Part shown: piece after piece, positions 14,481-18,069 of the stretch
Numbering within the stretch: the stretch's first letter is position 1
Layout: every line of letters begins with the position of its first letter
Assembly: GCA_041586955.1 (NCBI GenBank)
Contig: JBFGZE010000072.1
Location: 1-18,069, forward strand
From: Bacteriovoracaceae bacterium
GTDB taxonomy: Bacteria; Bdellovibrionota; Bacteriovoracia; Bacteriovoracales; Bacteriovoracaceae
DNA length: 18,069 bases
Direction of reading: 5' to 3'
The notes under the pieces: model-generated
What the model saw: the letters and a program-made list of their open reading frames with translations, nothing else
What the model was told of the DNA's origin: nothing
Database searches by the model: none
Position numbers and translations under genes: made by a program

Positions 14481-15500
14481 ATGATTAATATGACTTGGCA
14501 AAACCATACTTTAAATAATTCCCCTCATTTCAAGGAACAAGTCATTTCACTAATTGAAAGTGCGCTTGATTATCCGCTAGAAAATGAATTTGAAAAAGAC
14601 TTTTACCCTTTACTAACCCCCCGCAATTACAAAAATATACACTTCCTAACCGACCGAAACGATCAAGTAGCAAGCGTTGTTTGTCTTAAGCAGAGGTTTC
14701 TTTTGGCCGGTGATGTTAAAATACCGGTTTATCTCATTGGTGGTGTTGCTACCGATCCTGATCATCGTAAAAAGGGCCTTAGTCATCTTCTTTTTAAAAA
14801 GATTTTTTCAATATATAAGGATGGTGCTTGTTATCTTTTATGGAGTGATCTAACGAACTTCTATCAAAAACTAGGCTTTACAGAGATGGGAGTAATATAC
14901 CAATCGTTAATCAGGCCTACCTCGCAATCACCATTTGAAAAAACCAACATTAGAGATCTTAAAAATCAGGAAATGGCGGAACTTATATCACTTTATAATA
15001 AAAGTGGGCACTCTGTAATGACCCTACAAAGAAACGACTTGGACTGGTGCGAGCTCAAAGGCATCAGTAGTGCTGACCTTTATATCCATAAAAAAGATAA
15101 CCATATTATTAATTATTTCTTAGTCAATAAGGGAGCAGATTTAAAGAATATCATTTATGAATCTTTTGATCCCAGTTCTCTATCAGTCCCTAGCAGTGAT
15201 TTCTCCCAAGAACTCACTCTCTGGTCACCAGCTCCACCTAAAACCATTCTCTCTCAAATCTATTTAGGTCATTTAAAAATCATCCCTAATGATTATTTTA
15301 AGTGTTTTATCCATTCCATAGGCCAGGGACACATTCAGGTGACAAAGATCACAGATAAAATCATTCATTTCCTGGTTGATGATAATGAATATCAATTACT
15401 TCATTCGGATTTTTTAAGAGGTTTATTTGGGCCTGAATATATTCAGGAGTTATCCACAAAGGCCATTCCTTTGTGGATTAGTGGCATCGATAGTATTTAA
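14481..15500 (+). CDS. GNAT-family N-acetyltransferase (Eis-like architecture)
   Basis: Acetyl-CoA motif A IGGVATDPDHRKKGLS and motif B FYQKLGF, plus a second degenerate GNAT-like domain. Start could be 14490. Confidence 0.85.
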   Translation: MINMTWQNHTLNNSPHFKEQVISLIESALDYPLENEFEKDFYPLLTPRNYKNIHFLTDRNDQVASVVCLKQRFLLAGDVKIPVYLIGGVATDPDHRKKGLSHLLFKKIFSIYKDGACYLLWSDLTNFYQKLGFTEMGVIYQSLIRPTSQSPFEKTNIRDLKNQEMAELISLYNKSGHSVMTLQRNDLDWCELKGISSADLYIHKKDNHIINYFLVNKGADLKNIIYESFDPSSLSVPSSDFSQELTLWSPAPPKTILSQIYLGHLKIIPNDYFKCFIHSIGQGHIQVTKITDKIIHFLVDDNEYQLLHSDFLRGLFGPEYIQELSTKAIPLWISGIDSI

Positions 15501-17218
15501 CTATCTGATTGAGAATATAAACTCTTAACAATAAGAAGCAGACCAAGAGACCAAAAGACCCACGTTATATTTTTAATCTCATCAATAGCTCCAGTAAATC
15601 CATCTCCCAAGAGAATCACTCCAGACAGAATAAATACTGCGGCCAAAAGACAATGCCCCAAAAATGATATCGAATAAGACAATCGCTTTGTCGACTTTTG
15701 AAGATCCACAATATTAAAGTCAAAGCGGTGCTTTTTTTTGCTGAAGTCTTTAAGGAACCATTTAAAGTGACGAGGAAGTAATCGCGTTAAGGAAGCGATA
15801 TCTCGGGTGGCCATTACCGCCTCTTCTATTAATTCTCTCTTATCAAATCCTTCCTCTAGGATTTCCTTTATATTTTTTTCTAAAATTTTATATATATCAG
15901 TATCAAATCCCAGTGAACGACCGACTCCATCAAGCGTGATCATTGCTCTGAAAACGATATACCAATCTCTTGGTAAAAATATCCCATACCTCTTTAATAC
16001 ATTTAAGATCTTTTTAAAAAGTTTTGAAAAGTTGATTTGGCCGACAGAGAGACCGACATAAGGATTAATTGCATCTCTAATATCATTTACAAGAAGGTCG
16101 ACATCAGGAATATCACCATACTCTGCCACATCCAAAAATTCATATACGAGATTTTCGTAATTAAAATTGATTAAGGAATATATTATGGCGATAAATGACT
16201 TTCGACTGCGGCTTCCCAAAAAGCCCATTAAACCAAAATCAATGACGCCAATCTGGCCGGAAGACCTGAGGTATAGGAAATTTCCTTCATGTAAATCAGC
16301 ATGAAAAAAACCGTCTGCCAAAAATGTTTTTAAGAAAATACTTAGTGATTGTTCTAATTTCTCTTTAACCTCAGGACAGTCCCCATTATCTTTATATTTG
16401 GTGAACGCTTCACCATCTAAAAACTCCATGACAAGTACATTTTCACTAGTGAACTCATCATATATTTTTGGAACATAAATAAGGTTTTCCAAATCATGCT
16501 TAGCTAAATTCGTTTTTAGCCGTTTGCAATTAAAGGCCTCAAAATAAAAATTGAGTTCACCCTCTAGGGTTGATGAAAAATCATTAATGATACGAGTAAG
16601 ACCGAGATACTTAATTTCCTCACTGACCTTTTCCATCTGAGAAACAAGAAATAATAAGATAGAAAAGTCTGTTTCTATGTCTTTTTCGATATTCGGCTTT
16701 CTTACTTTAATGACAACCTGATCGCCATTCTTAAGAACTCCGCGGTAAACTCCTCCAATCGATGCCGTGCCGATAGGACTTTCATCTATAGAAGCGAAAG
16801 ACTTGGTAAAAGACTCCCCTAGTGAATCATTAATGATCTTTTTGACTTCTACGAAGGGAATAGGCTTAACACTATCCTTAAGTTTCGCCAGCTCAAATAT
16901 AAAAGAAGGTGGAAGTAAATCATCACGGGAGGCCAACAATTGGCCAAATTTGATAAAGGCCGGGCCCAATTCTTCAAAAGATAGCTTCAAGCTCTGGCCA
17001 ATAATCTGGCCCCAATCCTTTGGCGCTTTTCCTTTCACTTCAATCGTAATGTTCTTACTTGACCTTGGTAGTACGAGATCTGGAAACTTGGGGACAACAG
17101 ATTTTCCAATCAAGTCTCCGAATCCATAACGAGCAAATACAAGGGCAATTTCTCTCAGCCTTCCTGCGTTGCGAATAGTTTTTGAAATACCCAAACTAGT
17201 TTTAACAATATCCATCAT
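15497..17218 (-). CDS. ubiB: UbiB/AarF (ABC1) atypical kinase family protein with two C-terminal TM helices
   Basis: ELGPAFIKFGQ (KxGQ), GTASIGGVY, VVIKVRKP, FFHADLHEGN and IDFGLMG motifs. ATG 17218/17215 follows GAAGGA. A role in ubiquinone synthesis is not established. Confidence 0.88.
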   Translation of the reverse strand: MMDIVKTSLGISKTIRNAGRLREIALVFARYGFGDLIGKSVVPKFPDLVLPRSSKNITIEVKGKAPKDWGQIIGQSLKLSFEELGPAFIKFGQLLASRDDLLPPSFIFELAKLKDSVKPIPFVEVKKIINDSLGESFTKSFASIDESPIGTASIGGVYRGVLKNGDQVVIKVRKPNIEKDIETDFSILLFLVSQMEKVSEEIKYLGLTRIINDFSSTLEGELNFYFEAFNCKRLKTNLAKHDLENLIYVPKIYDEFTSENVLVMEFLDGEAFTKYKDNGDCPEVKEKLEQSLSIFLKTFLADGFFHADLHEGNFLYLRSSGQIGVIDFGLMGFLGSRSRKSFIAIIYSLINFNYENLVYEFLDVAEYGDIPDVDLLVNDIRDAINPYVGLSVGQINFSKLFKKILNVLKRYGIFLPRDWYIVFRAMITLDGVGRSLGFDTDIYKILEKNIKEILEEGFDKRELIEEAVMATRDIASLTRLLPRHFKWFLKDFSKKKHRFDFNIVDLQKSTKRLSYSISFLGHCLLAAVFILSGVILLGDGFTGAIDEIKNITWVFWSLGLLLIVKSLYSQSDS

Positions 17219-17282
17219 TGGCCATCCTTCATAGCTTTTAGGGTAATAGATAATCACTATGAATTCAAAAATTGCTTATGTT

Positions 17283-17311
17283 TTGAGAAATGATGTGGTT
17301 AATGCTAAATT
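17283..17311 (+). promoter_or_regulatory. sigma70 promoter, leaderless start at 17318
   Basis: TTGAGA (17283-17288)-N17-TAAATT (17306-17311) with extended TG at 17303-17304, then 6 nt and ATG. No SD. Confidence 0.65.
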
Positions 17312-17317
17312 TATGTA

Positions 17318-17824
17318 ATGAAATTACTCGCCATTTGGTTATTTTTCCTACAAATGATTCTGCCATCCAGCTGGGCCGAAGAGACCTGCAGTCGCATAGC
17401 GTCAATATCGTACCAAGACATCCTTATTGACTCAAATAGTACACAAAAAGGTGAAGGACTGCGCTTTTACTTAGAAAAAGATCCAATCGCGAGAAGCTAT
17501 CTCGATACCTACCAAAGAAAGAATAAAATCACCTGGCCCAAGGCCATTCTGGGCACAACGGGTACCCTCCTTACTCTTTCCGGGGCACTCATGAAAAAAG
17601 ATGACGACAAGAAAAAACCTTTTCTTTTCGGTGGCCTTTCACTCATTATGGTCAACTTTTTCGTCGCCAAAACCCTTGAATACAATAATGAAAAAAACCT
17701 TTACAAGGCCATCGATGAATATAATAAAAGAAACCTTCCAAAGATCTTTCTCAAAACATCACGAGTTAGGGATAAGGATAAATGGGGGATAGGAATTGCC
17801 TGGAGCAGACCCCTATCATTCTAA
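17318..17824 (+). CDS. Hypothetical exported/membrane protein (168 aa)
   Basis: Signal peptide ending SWA, two Gly-rich hydrophobic segments and a C-terminal amphipathic strand ending in F. Confidence 0.8.
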   Translation: MKLLAIWLFFLQMILPSSWAEETCSRIASISYQDILIDSNSTQKGEGLRFYLEKDPIARSYLDTYQRKNKITWPKAILGTTGTLLTLSGALMKKDDDKKKPFLFGGLSLIMVNFFVAKTLEYNNEKNLYKAIDEYNKRNLPKIFLKTSRVRDKDKWGIGIAWSRPLSF

Positions 17825-17837
17825 GGAGAACTCACAA

Positions 17838-18069
17838 ATGCCCGAAAACTCATCATTATTATCCTGCTATAAATGTAATAAAGAGATAAGCTTTACAAAG
17901 GATCATAAAATTGGTCGTCATGATGAATGTGACCATTGTGGAGCATCGCTCCGTTGCTGTACAATGTGCCACTTTTACGACCCTAAAAGCTATAATGAAT
18001 GCAAAGAGCCTATGGCCGAAAGGAACATTGAAAAAGAAAGAGCTAATTTCTGTGATCATTATATGCTAA
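17838..18069 (+). CDS. Cys-rich putative metal-binding protein, truncated by the window edge (not in the ORF track)
   Basis: SD AAGGAG. Translation MPENSSLLSCYKCNKEISFTKDHKIGRHDECDHCGASLRCCTMCHFYDPKSYNECKEPMAERNIEKERANFCDHYML... has three CxxC motifs and no stop before 18069. Confidence 0.85.
   Translation, partial: MPENSSLLSCYKCNKEISFTKDHKIGRHDECDHCGASLRCCTMCHFYDPKSYNECKEPMAERNIEKERANFCDHYML

Noticed and set aside
10941..18059. Shadow ORFs at 10941, 11861, 15807, 16767, 17601 and 17859
   Set aside because: Nested in or antisense to better-supported genes. 17859..18059 is antisense to the SD-led Cys-rich ORF.
1..18069. CRISPR arrays, IS elements, prophage or defence genes
   Set aside because: No regularly spaced direct repeats, terminal inverted repeats, transposase/integrase or nuclease motifs were seen.

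Overview
AT-rich chromosomal window that looks like a predatory Bdellovibrionota genome (Bdellovibrio/Bacteriovorax-like; inferred from gene order, not from a marker gene). The left 10.4 kb is a minus-strand Tad/Flp (type IVc) pilus locus with the layout of the Bdellovibrio hit region. Its order is flp pilin (10206-10385, missed by the ORF track), TadE-like pilin, prepilin peptidase, three more pilin-like genes, cpaB, secretin, a MinD/TadZ-TadA fusion ATPase, tadB and a secreted YD-repeat protein with no toxin tip (Bd0109-like). Two small, apparently paralogous, secreted Cys-containing peptides follow, in the position of Bd0108/Hit. The first lies in a FliA(sigma28)-type transcript with the YD gene. 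The second has its own sigma54-type promoter and terminator. Divergent from flp is an unannotated 6S RNA (~10600-10772). The right half has a hypothetical gene, a degenerate RmlD-like SDR, two tandem minimal flagellins with GGA-rich (CsrA-type) leaders and mini-ORFs, a GNAT acetyltransferase, a UbiB/ABC1 kinase, an exported/membrane hypothetical and a truncated Cys-rich ORF. Four genes appear to be leaderless. I found no mobile elements, CRISPR arrays, tRNA or rRNA.
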